DNA from: Polaromonas sp.
GTDB taxonomy: Bacteria > Pseudomonadota > Gammaproteobacteria > Burkholderiales > Burkholderiaceae_C
Reading direction: 5' to 3'
NCBI GenBank assembly: GCA_031415895.1
Contig: JANOSN010000552.1
Location: 1-25,735 of the forward strand
Length of the DNA stretch: 25,735 bases
Below the pieces are notes generated by a model that saw nothing but the letters and a program-made list of their open reading frames with translations, was not told the DNA's origin and ran no database searches. Position numbers and translations under genes: made by a program. How positions within the stretch are numbered: the stretch's first letter is position 1; every line of letters begins with the position of its first letter. Shown one piece after another: positions 10,031-17,888 of the stretch.

Positions 10031-12937
10031 ATGGCCCACTCCAACACTCAAGATGCCGCGTATAGCAAGGAGCCCGTTGATATTGCAAAGGCATTGAATG
10101 CGGACCCTGAGAAAGGACTATCGACTCAAGAGGCGGCAACACGCCTTGCCAAGGACGGGCCAAACGAGCTTAAATCGGCCCCGCCAACGCCAGCTTGGCG
10201 GCGCGTACTGGCTCAGTTTCAAGACCCACTTATTTATCTGTTGCTAGCAGCCATTGCTGTGGCGTTGGTAGCTTGGGGTGTGGAGGGCTGGGTTGGCTGG
10301 CCGGTTGACGCTATCGTCATTGGCATCGTTGTCATTCTGAACGGTGCATTAGGTTATTTGGAAGAGGCCAAGGCACGAGATGCCGTGGCGGCGTTGGCGC
10401 GGATGACCGAAGCCACGTCTAGCGTAATGCGCGACGGACATCTGTCGAGGGTACCTAGCGCGCAACTGGTTACAGGCGACTTACTAGTACTGGCGGAGGG
10501 CGACAGTGTAGGGGCGGACGCTAGGTTGATTCAAGCCGCATCGCTTCGTGTTCAGGAAGCGTCACTCACGGGCGAAAGCGAGGCAGTACTCAAAGATATT
10601 GCCACACTACCAAATGCAGCGGCACTTGGTGACCAGCTAAACATGGTTTTCAAGGGTACGGCGGTTGCGCAGGGAACTGGCCGCGCACTAGTTACTGCAA
10701 GTGGTATGACAACCCAGATGGGGGCTATTGCCAGTCTATTGACGGCAACCCCCGAGGAGACGACTCCGCTGGAAAAGGAGATCAAACGCATCGGACGTTT
10801 TTTAGGTGTGGCGGTGGTCATAATTTCTATGGTGGTAGTGGGCACCATTTTGATGGTGTCAGACATTCAAAGCACGGGCGATGTGGTGACAGTACTGCTT
10901 TTTGGTGTGGCACTAGCCGTTGCAGCAGTGCCCGAGGGGTTGCCCGCCATTTTATCGGTGGTGCTAGCTTTGGGCGTGCGGCGAATGGCTAAACGAAAAG
11001 CGATTGTCAAAAAACTATCCTCAGTAGAGGCACTGGGCGCTACCACCGTCATTGCCACTGACAAAACCGGCACCTTGACCCGCGCTGAAATGACGATTGA
11101 ACAAATCATTACCGCATCGGGCAGCACGCTCGTTACAGGTGTGGGGTATGCACCCAACGGCCAGGTGGAAGTGGGTGGTGCAAAAATTACTGACCAATCA
11201 CTGCTTGCGGAGCAAACTATACTGCTCATGTACGGCTGCCTGGCAGGAAACGCCACACTAAGCCAAGCCAAATACGAAACTTCAGTTCAAACTACAGATA
11301 AAGCGACAGACGATAAGAAAAGCGGTGAGTGGCAAATTCAGGGTGACCCTACCGAGGCAGCTTTTTTAGTAGCGGAACGCAAACTTGGCGTGACTGACTT
11401 GCGTACCAAACGGTTCACCCGCATCAGTGAAATCGCATTCACCTCGGCACGCAAGATGATGTCAACGCTGCAGACCGATCATGACCAAGCAGACGCAACT
11501 ATCCTGATCACCAAAGGTGCACCCGACGTACTGCTAGAGCATTGCAGTCATATTCAAGTGGGTACGCAGACAGTTGCAATGAATGACGCGCATCGCAGTC
11601 AGATATTGGCCCAAGTAGATGCATTGTCTGATGCGGCGCTACGCACACTGGCGGTTGCGTTTAGACCGTTGGCCCCAAGTGAAACCGCAAAGGCAGACCA
11701 GGCACCAAGCCACGATCTGGAGCGAAACTTGATTTGGGTCGGCACCGTGGGCATGATGGACCCGCCGCGCGAAGAAGCCGCTGTTGCTATCAGCGAGGCG
11801 CGACGGGCTGGTATTCGAGTGATCATGATCACAGGCGACCACCCGCGCACAGCGGCGCGCATAGCAACAGATTTGGGCATCAGCGAAGCTGGCCAGACTG
11901 TATTGAGCGGGCTAGAGTTGGACGTGCTGGCTGACTCTGAATTTGCGCGGGCCGTGCGAAAAACATCGGTCTATGCGCGGGTATCGCCTAGCAACAAACT
12001 GCGCATTGTGGCGACACTTCAAGCGGACGGGCAAGTCGTGGCCATGACAGGAGACGGTGTCAACGATGCACCCGCCCTGAAGGCCGCTAATATTGGCATT
12101 GCTATGGGCGTCACTGGTACCGAGGTTACCAAGGAAGCAGCCAAAATGATATTGGCCGATGACAACTTTGCCACCATCGTTGATGCGGTGCGCGAGGGGC
12201 GCAGCCTTTTTGACAATATCCGTAAGTTTCTGCGCTACCTGTTGTCATCGAACATGGGGGAGGTGTTGACTGTGTTTTTAGGTGTGGTGGGCGCAGGCTT
12301 AATTGGACTGAACAATTCATCTGACGGGGCGGTAAGTGCCTTGGTGTTGCCACTGTTGGCCACTCAAATACTGTGGCTAAATCTGATCACCGATTCTTGG
12401 CCCGCACTGGCGATGGGAATTGATCCGCCCACGGATGATGTGATGGCGCGCAAACCGCGACATATGAGCGAGCGCGTGATAGGCCTGCACATGTGGGCGG
12501 GCGTGTTTGAGATTGGGCTTGTAATTGCCATCGTAGCGTTGCTAACGATGGACATGTACTTGCCTGGCGGATTAATCGAGCAGGTGGGTGGAACAGGTGA
12601 CATTGCCAATGCACGCACAGCGGGGTTCACCGTGCTGGTGATGGCGCATTTGTTTCAATGCTTTAACGCGCGGTCAGAGACCACCAGCGCGTTCAAAAAT
12701 TTGTTCGTCAACCCGTGGCTATGGGGAGCAGTGGCGCTGTCTGCAGTGCTTCAAGTCGCAGTCGTTAACGTGCCATTCCTCAACCTTGCGTTTGGCACCG
12801 TGCCGCTAGCGATGGACCAATGGCTAACTTGCTTGGCTATGGCAAGTTTGGTGCTGGTCTATAGCGAAATGCGCAAGCTAGTGACGCGTATGGTCTTGGG
12901 TGCGCTGGCGCACAGACAGAGCACGACAGCAGCTTAA
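10031..12937 (+). CDS. Cation-translocating P-type ATPase, P2A (SERCA/CtpF-like)
   Basis: 968 aa. TGES, PEGL, DKTGTLT, KGAPD, DPPR, MITGD and TGDGVNDAPALK motifs; SSNMGE (M5) and NLITD (M6). Confidence 0.96.
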   Translation: MAHSNTQDAAYSKEPVDIAKALNADPEKGLSTQEAATRLAKDGPNELKSAPPTPAWRRVLAQFQDPLIYLLLAAIAVALVAWGVEGWVGWPVDAIVIGIVVILNGALGYLEEAKARDAVAALARMTEATSSVMRDGHLSRVPSAQLVTGDLLVLAEGDSVGADARLIQAASLRVQEASLTGESEAVLKDIATLPNAAALGDQLNMVFKGTAVAQGTGRALVTASGMTTQMGAIASLLTATPEETTPLEKEIKRIGRFLGVAVVIISMVVVGTILMVSDIQSTGDVVTVLLFGVALAVAAVPEGLPAILSVVLALGVRRMAKRKAIVKKLSSVEALGATTVIATDKTGTLTRAEMTIEQIITASGSTLVTGVGYAPNGQVEVGGAKITDQSLLAEQTILLMYGCLAGNATLSQAKYETSVQTTDKATDDKKSGEWQIQGDPTEAAFLVAERKLGVTDLRTKRFTRISEIAFTSARKMMSTLQTDHDQADATILITKGAPDVLLEHCSHIQVGTQTVAMNDAHRSQILAQVDALSDAALRTLAVAFRPLAPSETAKADQAPSHDLERNLIWVGTVGMMDPPREEAAVAISEARRAGIRVIMITGDHPRTAARIATDLGISEAGQTVLSGLELDVLADSEFARAVRKTSVYARVSPSNKLRIVATLQADGQVVAMTGDGVNDAPALKAANIGIAMGVTGTEVTKEAAKMILADDNFATIVDAVREGRSLFDNIRKFLRYLLSSNMGEVLTVFLGVVGAGLIGLNNSSDGAVSALVLPLLATQILWLNLITDSWPALAMGIDPPTDDVMARKPRHMSERVIGLHMWAGVFEIGLVIAIVALLTMDMYLPGGLIEQVGGTGDIANARTAGFTVLVMAHLFQCFNARSETTSAFKNLFVNPWLWGAVALSAVLQVAVVNVPFLNLAFGTVPLAMDQWLTCLAMASLVLVYSEMRKLVTRMVLGALAHRQSTTAA
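12740..12937 (+). repeat. Direct repeat A, copy 1 (last 66 codons of the ATPase)
   Basis: Hand alignment to 13943-14141 gives 146/180 identical nt over the first 60 codons, plus a 1-nt indel. Confidence 0.92.
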
Positions 12938-12941
12938 TCAT
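12899..12941 (+). promoter_or_regulatory. Palindromic site 4 (GGTGCG-CTGG-CGCACA, 12899-12914) inside the ATPase 3' end, plus -10-like AATCAT (12936-12941)
   Basis: Core followed by GACA; hexamer 21 nt after the core. RBS AGGAG and GTG start at 12979. Confidence 0.68.
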
Positions 12942-12978
12942 CAATATCTATTCCATTGAGCGCAACATAGGAGCACCT

Positions 12979-13941
12979 GTGAAGAAGATTCTAGTTTTTG
13001 GCGCTGGAGTTCTTGGCAGTTTATATGCAGCGCGACTCAAACAATCAGGACAAGACGTTACTATCCTAGCCCGAAACACGCGACTAAAGGAAATCAAAGA
13101 ACACGGAATCGTCTTAGAGCACGCCCTCACCGGGAAAAGAGAGATTGTGACACTACCTGTCGTTGAACACTTGGATAAAAACGACACCTACGACCTGATC
13201 ACGGTCTTAGTCAGAAAGAACCAGGTGGCTTCGGTACTGCCCATATTGGCAGCACACCAAGCCACACCAAATATTCTGTTCATGGTGAATAACCCGTCTG
13301 GCTATGACGACTGGATCAATGCAGTCGGATCTAAACGACTAGTGCTTGGTTTCGCAGGGGCCGGCGGTTCGCGGGTCGCCAGCGTGGTGCGCTATGTGTT
13401 GGTTTCCCGCTTTCTCCAGCCAACGACATTTGGAGAACTCGATGGCTCTAGCTCTGAGCGAATCAAGAAAATCATGCGTATTTTTCGTGACGCAGGATTT
13501 CCCACAGCGCTTACATCCAACATGGACGCATGGCAGAAATCCCATGCCGCGTGAATCAGTCCACTCGCGAATGCTTTGTACATGGTTAACTGCGACAACC
13601 GTGCCCTGGCAAGCAGTCCTCGCGCACTACGGCTGACGGTACGTGCTGTACGTGAGGGTTTTAGCGTACTGCGCGCGCTGGGGATATCTGTCACCCCAAC
13701 CAAGCTTCGAGTGTGGGAATGGATTCCAGAGAGTCTATTGGTTCGCTGTCTCATGCTGTGGGCTGGCACGAATCATTTCAGCACAGTTGCCGTAGAGCAC
13801 ACTGCGGCCGCAACCGACGAGATGCGGCAGATTGCAGATGAGTTTCAGATTCTCGCCATGTCGGCGGCTATGGTGACACCGGCAATTAATGAGCTGAGGT
13901 CATTCATTGCCCTACCGAATATAAATTCTCTCAAAACCTGA
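12979..13941 (+). pseudogene. Ketopantoate reductase (PanE/ApbA) family protein, interrupted by one in-frame TGA at 13552-13554
   Basis: Rossmann motif ILVFGAGVLGS, then ITVLVRKNQV, LFMVNN and FGELDG. ORFs 12979-13554 and 13576-13941 share one frame (...WQKSHAA*ISPLANALYM...), giving 320 codons in total. Confidence 0.85.
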
Positions 13942-13942
13942 T

Positions 13943-14141
13943 TCTGCGTTGCTGCAAGTCGCCATGGTGGACGTGCCATTCCTCGACTTTACGTTTGGCA
14001 CAGTGCCGCTAGCGATGGGCCAATTGGATTACCCGTCTGGCTATGGCTAGACTGGTGCTGGTGTACAGCGAAGTGCGCAACCTAGTGACACGCTCAGTCT
14101 TTAGTGCGCTGGCGCACAGACAAATAGAGACTACCACGTGA
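13943..14141 (+). repeat. Direct repeat A, copy 2: orphan, frameshifted 3' tail of a P-type ATPase allele with its own stop codon
   Basis: Reads SALLQVAMVDVPFLDFTFGTVPLAMGQ(+1)WITRLAMARLVLVYSEVRNLVTRSVFSALAHRQIETTT*, versus ATPase SAVLQVAVVNVPFLNLAFGTVPLAMDQWLTCLAMASLVLVYSEMRKLVTRMVLGALAHRQSTTAA*. Confidence 0.92.
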
Positions 14142-14145
14142 ACAT
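14103..14145 (+). promoter_or_regulatory. Palindromic site 5 (AGTGCG-CTGG-CGCACA, 14103-14118) plus -10-like GAACAT (14140-14145), upstream of cytochrome c
   Basis: Lies in the orphan ATPase tail. Core followed by GACA; hexamer 21 nt after the core; ATG at 14182. Confidence 0.68.
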
Positions 14146-14181
14146 CAAAGCCTTCCTAATAGAACGTGACACTGGAAATGT

Positions 14182-14547
14182 ATGAAAAACTCCCCGAACA
14201 GATTCACAGTTTTCATGGCGCTAGCGATTCTCAGCGATTTTTCTCATTCCCAAGTGCTACCCAGTCAGACACGCGGCAGTTTGCTGTATGAAACGCATTG
14301 CATCACTTGCCATACAACGCAAATACACTGGCGCAATGACAGACTAGCCTATGACTGGGACAGTTTGAAAGTGCAAGTACGCCGCTGGCAGGGCAACGCA
14401 GGCTTACAGTGGAGCGAGTCTGACATCACAGAGGTCTCGCGGTACTTAAATGAAACTATTTACCGTCACCCAACTCCAGCTGATCGCGTGAGGCTGGTTT
14501 CAAGGTGCACGCCCACGTCAATCCAGTCAACCAAATTAGATCAATGA
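14182..14547 (+). CDS. Small monoheme c-type cytochrome
   Basis: Signal-like N-terminus, RGSLLYETHCITCH (CxxCH heme motif) and V.RYLNETIY. Confidence 0.88.
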   Translation: MKNSPNRFTVFMALAILSDFSHSQVLPSQTRGSLLYETHCITCHTTQIHWRNDRLAYDWDSLKVQVRRWQGNAGLQWSESDITEVSRYLNETIYRHPTPADRVRLVSRCTPTSIQSTKLDQ

Positions 14548-15137
14548 TGTCCAAACGAATTCTTTTGATTCAGGGTCATCCTGATGCGAGTGAGCCGCAT
14601 TTGTGCCATGCGCTGGCAACCAGTTATACACAGGGCGCAGAGGCTGCGGGCCATGTTGTAAAACATATCAAGCTGGCCGAACTGGATTTTCCCCTGCTGC
14701 GCAGCCAGCACGACTGGGAAAAAGGGGCAGTGCCCCCCAGCTTAAAGCCCGCACAGGAAAACATCGCTTGGGCCGAGCACATCGTTTTCTTTTTTCCGCT
14801 GTGGCTGGGCGACATGCCAGCCCTGCTGAAAGGTTTTCTGGAGCAGGTGGCACGTCCGGGTTTCGCTTTTACTTATGAGGAAGGCGGCAACCCGTGGGGA
14901 AAAAAAGCTTTAACGGGTCGCTCAGCGCGTGTGGTGGTCACCATGGGCATGCCCGCCCTCGTGTACCGCTGGTACTTTCGGGCGCACAGCGTCAAGTCAC
15001 TGGAGCGAAACATTTTGGGTTTTGTAGGCATTGCGCCCGTGCATGAAACACTGGTTGGATTGACCGGCGACATGAAGGCTGAAGATGCTGCAAAGTGGCT
15101 GAGCAAGCTCAAGCGTCTTGGGGAGCGGGCAGAGTGA
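14544..15137 (+). CDS. NAD(P)H-dependent oxidoreductase, flavodoxin-like fold (Flavodoxin_2/KefF/MdaB family)
   Basis: ILLIQGHP, FFFPLWLGDMPALLKGFLEQV and ARVVVTMGMP motifs. Start ATG 14544 is ATGA-coupled to cytochrome c. Confidence 0.9.
   Translation: MMSKRILLIQGHPDASEPHLCHALATSYTQGAEAAGHVVKHIKLAELDFPLLRSQHDWEKGAVPPSLKPAQENIAWAEHIVFFFPLWLGDMPALLKGFLEQVARPGFAFTYEEGGNPWGKKALTGRSARVVVTMGMPALVYRWYFRAHSVKSLERNILGFVGIAPVHETLVGLTGDMKAEDAAKWLSKLKRLGERAE
15084..15128 (+). repeat. Direct repeat B, copy 1 (3' end of flavodoxin-fold gene 1)
   Basis: 37/45 nt identical to 16035-16079, including a 15-nt exact run GCTCAAGCGTCTTGG. Confidence 0.85.
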
Positions 15138-15189
15138 GAATTTCGCTATGCGCCTTCGCTATCAAAAACTCTAAACCACTCGAATCACT

Positions 15190-15873
15190 ATGAAAGTCAT
15201 ACATATGAAGAATTTACTTGTCCTTGCCCACCCGGAGCCCAACAGCTTCAACGCAGCGTTATTCCAAAAGGCTATCGCGACGCTAACATCCATTGGGCAA
15301 GAGGTGGAAACCAGCGTTCTATATGCCATGAAATTCAACCCGATTTCGGATAGACATAACTTCACAAGAGTTTTTGATCCAAACTATTTCAGCCTGCAAG
15401 CTGAAGAGGGACATGCGAGCGAAACCAGAGGATTTGCACCCGACATCGAAGCTGAAATCCGTAAAGTCGAGACTGCCGAACTGGTTATTTTGCACTTTCC
15501 TCTGTGGTGGTTTTCTATGCCCGCCATATTGAAAGGGTGGGTTGATCGCGTATTTGCCTTTGGCCGCACATATGGATCTGGTCGAATGTACGAGAAGGGT
15601 GCATTTCGCGGTAAACGTGCAATGCTCACGTTGACTACAGGTGGGCCGCGATCTATCTATGTGCCCGGTGGTTTCAATGGAAACATCGATACGATTATTC
15701 GACCTATAGAACGTGGCATTCTCCAGTTTCTCGGCTTCGATGTCTTGCCGGCACAGGTTGTTTTTTCGCCTTCACAGATAAGCTTGGACGAACGCAAAGC
15801 TGCTTTGACTGCTTACGCCCTAAGACTAAGGACGATTGACGCAGAGAAACCTAAACCGCCGCTAGCATATTAG
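15190..15873 (+). CDS. NAD(P)H:quinone oxidoreductase (NQO-like, Flavodoxin_2 family); start 15190 or 15205
   Basis: LLVLAHPEPNSFN, LHFPLWWFSMPAILKGWVDRVF and GKRAMLTLTTGG motifs. Confidence 0.9.
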   Translation: MKVIHMKNLLVLAHPEPNSFNAALFQKAIATLTSIGQEVETSVLYAMKFNPISDRHNFTRVFDPNYFSLQAEEGHASETRGFAPDIEAEIRKVETAELVILHFPLWWFSMPAILKGWVDRVFAFGRTYGSGRMYEKGAFRGKRAMLTLTTGGPRSIYVPGGFNGNIDTIIRPIERGILQFLGFDVLPAQVVFSPSQISLDERKAALTAYALRLRTIDAEKPKPPLAY

Positions 15874-16034
15874 TGAAGGTGAAGAGCAACCAATCTAAAA
15901 GCACCAAGCCAATGCAAGATGATCCTCTCCGACCCAAACAGGGTGTCCTAGCGTCGGGCAACATGACCGCTCTACTAGAAAATGTTGTGAGAAACTCATT
16001 CGTCTCAGTTCCTGAGGATGAGGAGTCAGCTTTT

Positions 16035-16082
16035 GATGTTGCCACGTGGCTGACTGCGCTCAAGCGTCTTGGAGAGCGGTAG
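16035..16082 (+). repeat. Direct repeat B, copy 2: orphan flavodoxin-gene tail DVATWLTALKRLGER*
   Basis: Matches DAAKWLSKLKRLGERAE*. Its GGAG (16071-16074) sits where an RBS for the 16084 gene is expected. Confidence 0.82.
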
Positions 16083-16083
16083 T

Positions 16084-16749
16084 ATGAAGATACCGTTCAC
16101 AAGTGCTGAGTTTTACGGTGTATTCAGCGCCTACAACATGGCGGTTTGGCCTATGCAACTGCCGCTTTTGGCGCTAGGGGTGCTGGCCGTTGTGCTGCTG
16201 ATCAGGCAACGCACAAATGCCAATGTTGGCATCTCAGCCATCCTCGCGTTTTTGTGGGTTTGGCAGGCGCTGGCGTACCATTTGACCTTTTTCACGGCGA
16301 TCAACCCACTAGCGTATGCGTTCGCAGCGGTATTTATGGTGGGCGCTGTGGTCTTCTTTTGGCAAGGCGTGGTCCGCCGAAGATTGAGTTTCAAGCCAAC
16401 CGCAATCACGAATGGCTGGCGCATGTGGGCGGGATGGGGTCTGGTGACCTTTTCGTGGTTAATTTACCCGATGTGGACATATTTGGCCGGACACCGCTAC
16501 CCAGCCTTTCCAACCTTTGGCCTTCCCTGCCCCACCACTTTGTTCACCATAGGATTGCTCGCATTTTTAGTCAAGCCTTATCCGCGCAGTGCGTTTGTGG
16601 TGCCGGTGTTGTGGTGTGTTGTGGGTAGCCAGGCGGCATTCGTATTCGATGTGACTGCTGATCTGGGTTTGATCGTGGCGGGTGTTTTGGGTTTGGTGCT
16701 AATGATGCGATCAAACGACTTGGCGGTTACACCGGGCAAAACACCATAA
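16084..16749 (+). CDS. Multi-TM membrane protein, DUF6064-like
   Basis: MKIPFTSAEFYGVFSAYN..VWP.Q and FPTFGLPCPTTLFTIGLL motifs; hydrophobic throughout. Family name from memory. Confidence 0.8.
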   Translation: MKIPFTSAEFYGVFSAYNMAVWPMQLPLLALGVLAVVLLIRQRTNANVGISAILAFLWVWQALAYHLTFFTAINPLAYAFAAVFMVGAVVFFWQGVVRRRLSFKPTAITNGWRMWAGWGLVTFSWLIYPMWTYLAGHRYPAFPTFGLPCPTTLFTIGLLAFLVKPYPRSAFVVPVLWCVVGSQAAFVFDVTADLGLIVAGVLGLVLMMRSNDLAVTPGKTP

Positions 16750-16806
16750 ATCATTCTTCGATACGCGGACTCGAAAAAAGTCTAGTCCACTCAAAGGACG
16801 GTTCAT

Positions 16807-17025
16807 ATGAAAAAAGCAGTTTTCTTCAGCGGGCTTATTGCAGTTTTGCTTGGCGGACTCTGGCTACTCCAGGGGCTGGGAATCGTGCATATGCGGCCGA
16901 TTCTCTGTTTTGCGAATTGCGTTCCCGTTCAAGGCCCATCAGCCACTTGGGCTGTTATCGGGGCCAGCGTGCTCGCGGTTGGCGGTGTGGCAATGTTTTG
17001 GTCTGTGAAGCGGCGCGCCAGATAG
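16807..17025 (+). CDS. Small two-TM hypothetical protein with a CxxxC loop
   Basis: 72 aa. AAGGA at about 16794; GGLWLLQGLGIVH...CFANC...W pattern with a basic C-terminus. Confidence 0.7.
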   Translation: MKKAVFFSGLIAVLLGGLWLLQGLGIVHMRPILCFANCVPVQGPSATWAVIGASVLAVGGVAMFWSVKRRAR

Positions 17026-17084
17026 ACCATGCTGGCCGCTTTGTTGCTGCAAAAACATGTCAAGTCCAACCTGAGCCAAGCACC

Positions 17085-17888
17085 ATGACGTTCTCATTAC
17101 CACGCCTCGTGATCTTTTTCGCGTTAACTTTCACCTGGTCCTGGACGTGCTGGCTGCTAACGCCTATCGTCAAGGCTGATTCAAGTTACGTATCCAGCGC
17201 GTTATTCTTCTTGGGCGGATTTGGACCTAGCCTGGCTGCAGTCGCCGTGGTCGCAATGGCAGGCGGGCGCGCTGGTTTGCGCGCCTGGCTTGCGCGGTGT
17301 CTCCGATGGCGCGGCAACTGGGGCTGGATGATGCTTGCTTTTTTATCGCCCCTCGCTGTTTTAACGTTTGCAGCCGCTATGCATATGACGTTGGGCGGCA
17401 GCGTGCGGCCATCGCCTGCGATGGGTCATGTCGCGTTGTTCATCGCTAATTTTGGTTTGGTGTTTCTGGTAGGCGGGCCGTTGGGTGAGGAGTTTGGCTG
17501 GCGTGGTTATGCGCTGCCTGCGATGCAAGAGCGGCTTGGTTGGCGCAGCGCCAGTCTTGCTTTGGGCGCCATCTGGGGGGTGTGGCATTTGCCGCTGTTT
17601 TTTGTGGCGGGTTCATCTCAAAACCAAGGCTCTGTCCTCGCGTTCTTTGTATTGATCGTGGCTACTTCGGTTATCTATGCTTGGCTTTTTAATCGGGCTA
17701 AGGGCAGCGTGCTGCCCGCATTGGTGCTGCATACGGCATCCAACGCATGGCCGTTTCTTGTTCCCGTACTGCCATCAGATACCGACCAGCGGGCTTACCT
17801 ATTGGTCATAGGGTTGGTGGTGACGGCTTGCGCCTGGCTGCTTTTGCGGCGTGATGGCACTCACACACCTCAAGGCCTGCCATCATGA
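17085..17888 (+). CDS. CPBP (CAAX/Abi) family intramembrane metalloprotease
   Basis: GEEFGWRGYA, WGVWHLP and LHTASN motifs. ATG 17085 (MTFSLPRL) preferred over the track start at 16917. Confidence 0.9.
   Translation: MTFSLPRLVIFFALTFTWSWTCWLLTPIVKADSSYVSSALFFLGGFGPSLAAVAVVAMAGGRAGLRAWLARCLRWRGNWGWMMLAFLSPLAVLTFAAAMHMTLGGSVRPSPAMGHVALFIANFGLVFLVGGPLGEEFGWRGYALPAMQERLGWRSASLALGAIWGVWHLPLFFVAGSSQNQGSVLAFFVLIVATSVIYAWLFNRAKGSVLPALVLHTASNAWPFLVPVLPSDTDQRAYLLVIGLVVTACAWLLLRRDGTHTPQGLPS

Noticed and set aside
13552-13600. Selenocysteine recoding of the panE-like TGA
   Set aside because: No convincing SECIS stem-loop after the UGA, and this family is not known to use Sec; a nonsense mutation is simpler.
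15873-16082. 69-aa ORF from the track as a real gene
   Set aside because: Its C-terminus is the orphan flavodoxin tail and the rest is unrecognisable; treated as a chance fusion.
16917-17084. Long N-terminal extensions given by the track (also 18787, 20129, 23256, 14505, 6137)
   Set aside because: They overlap upstream genes. Downstream starts fit better, mostly through ATGA/GTGA coupling or by avoiding the overlap.
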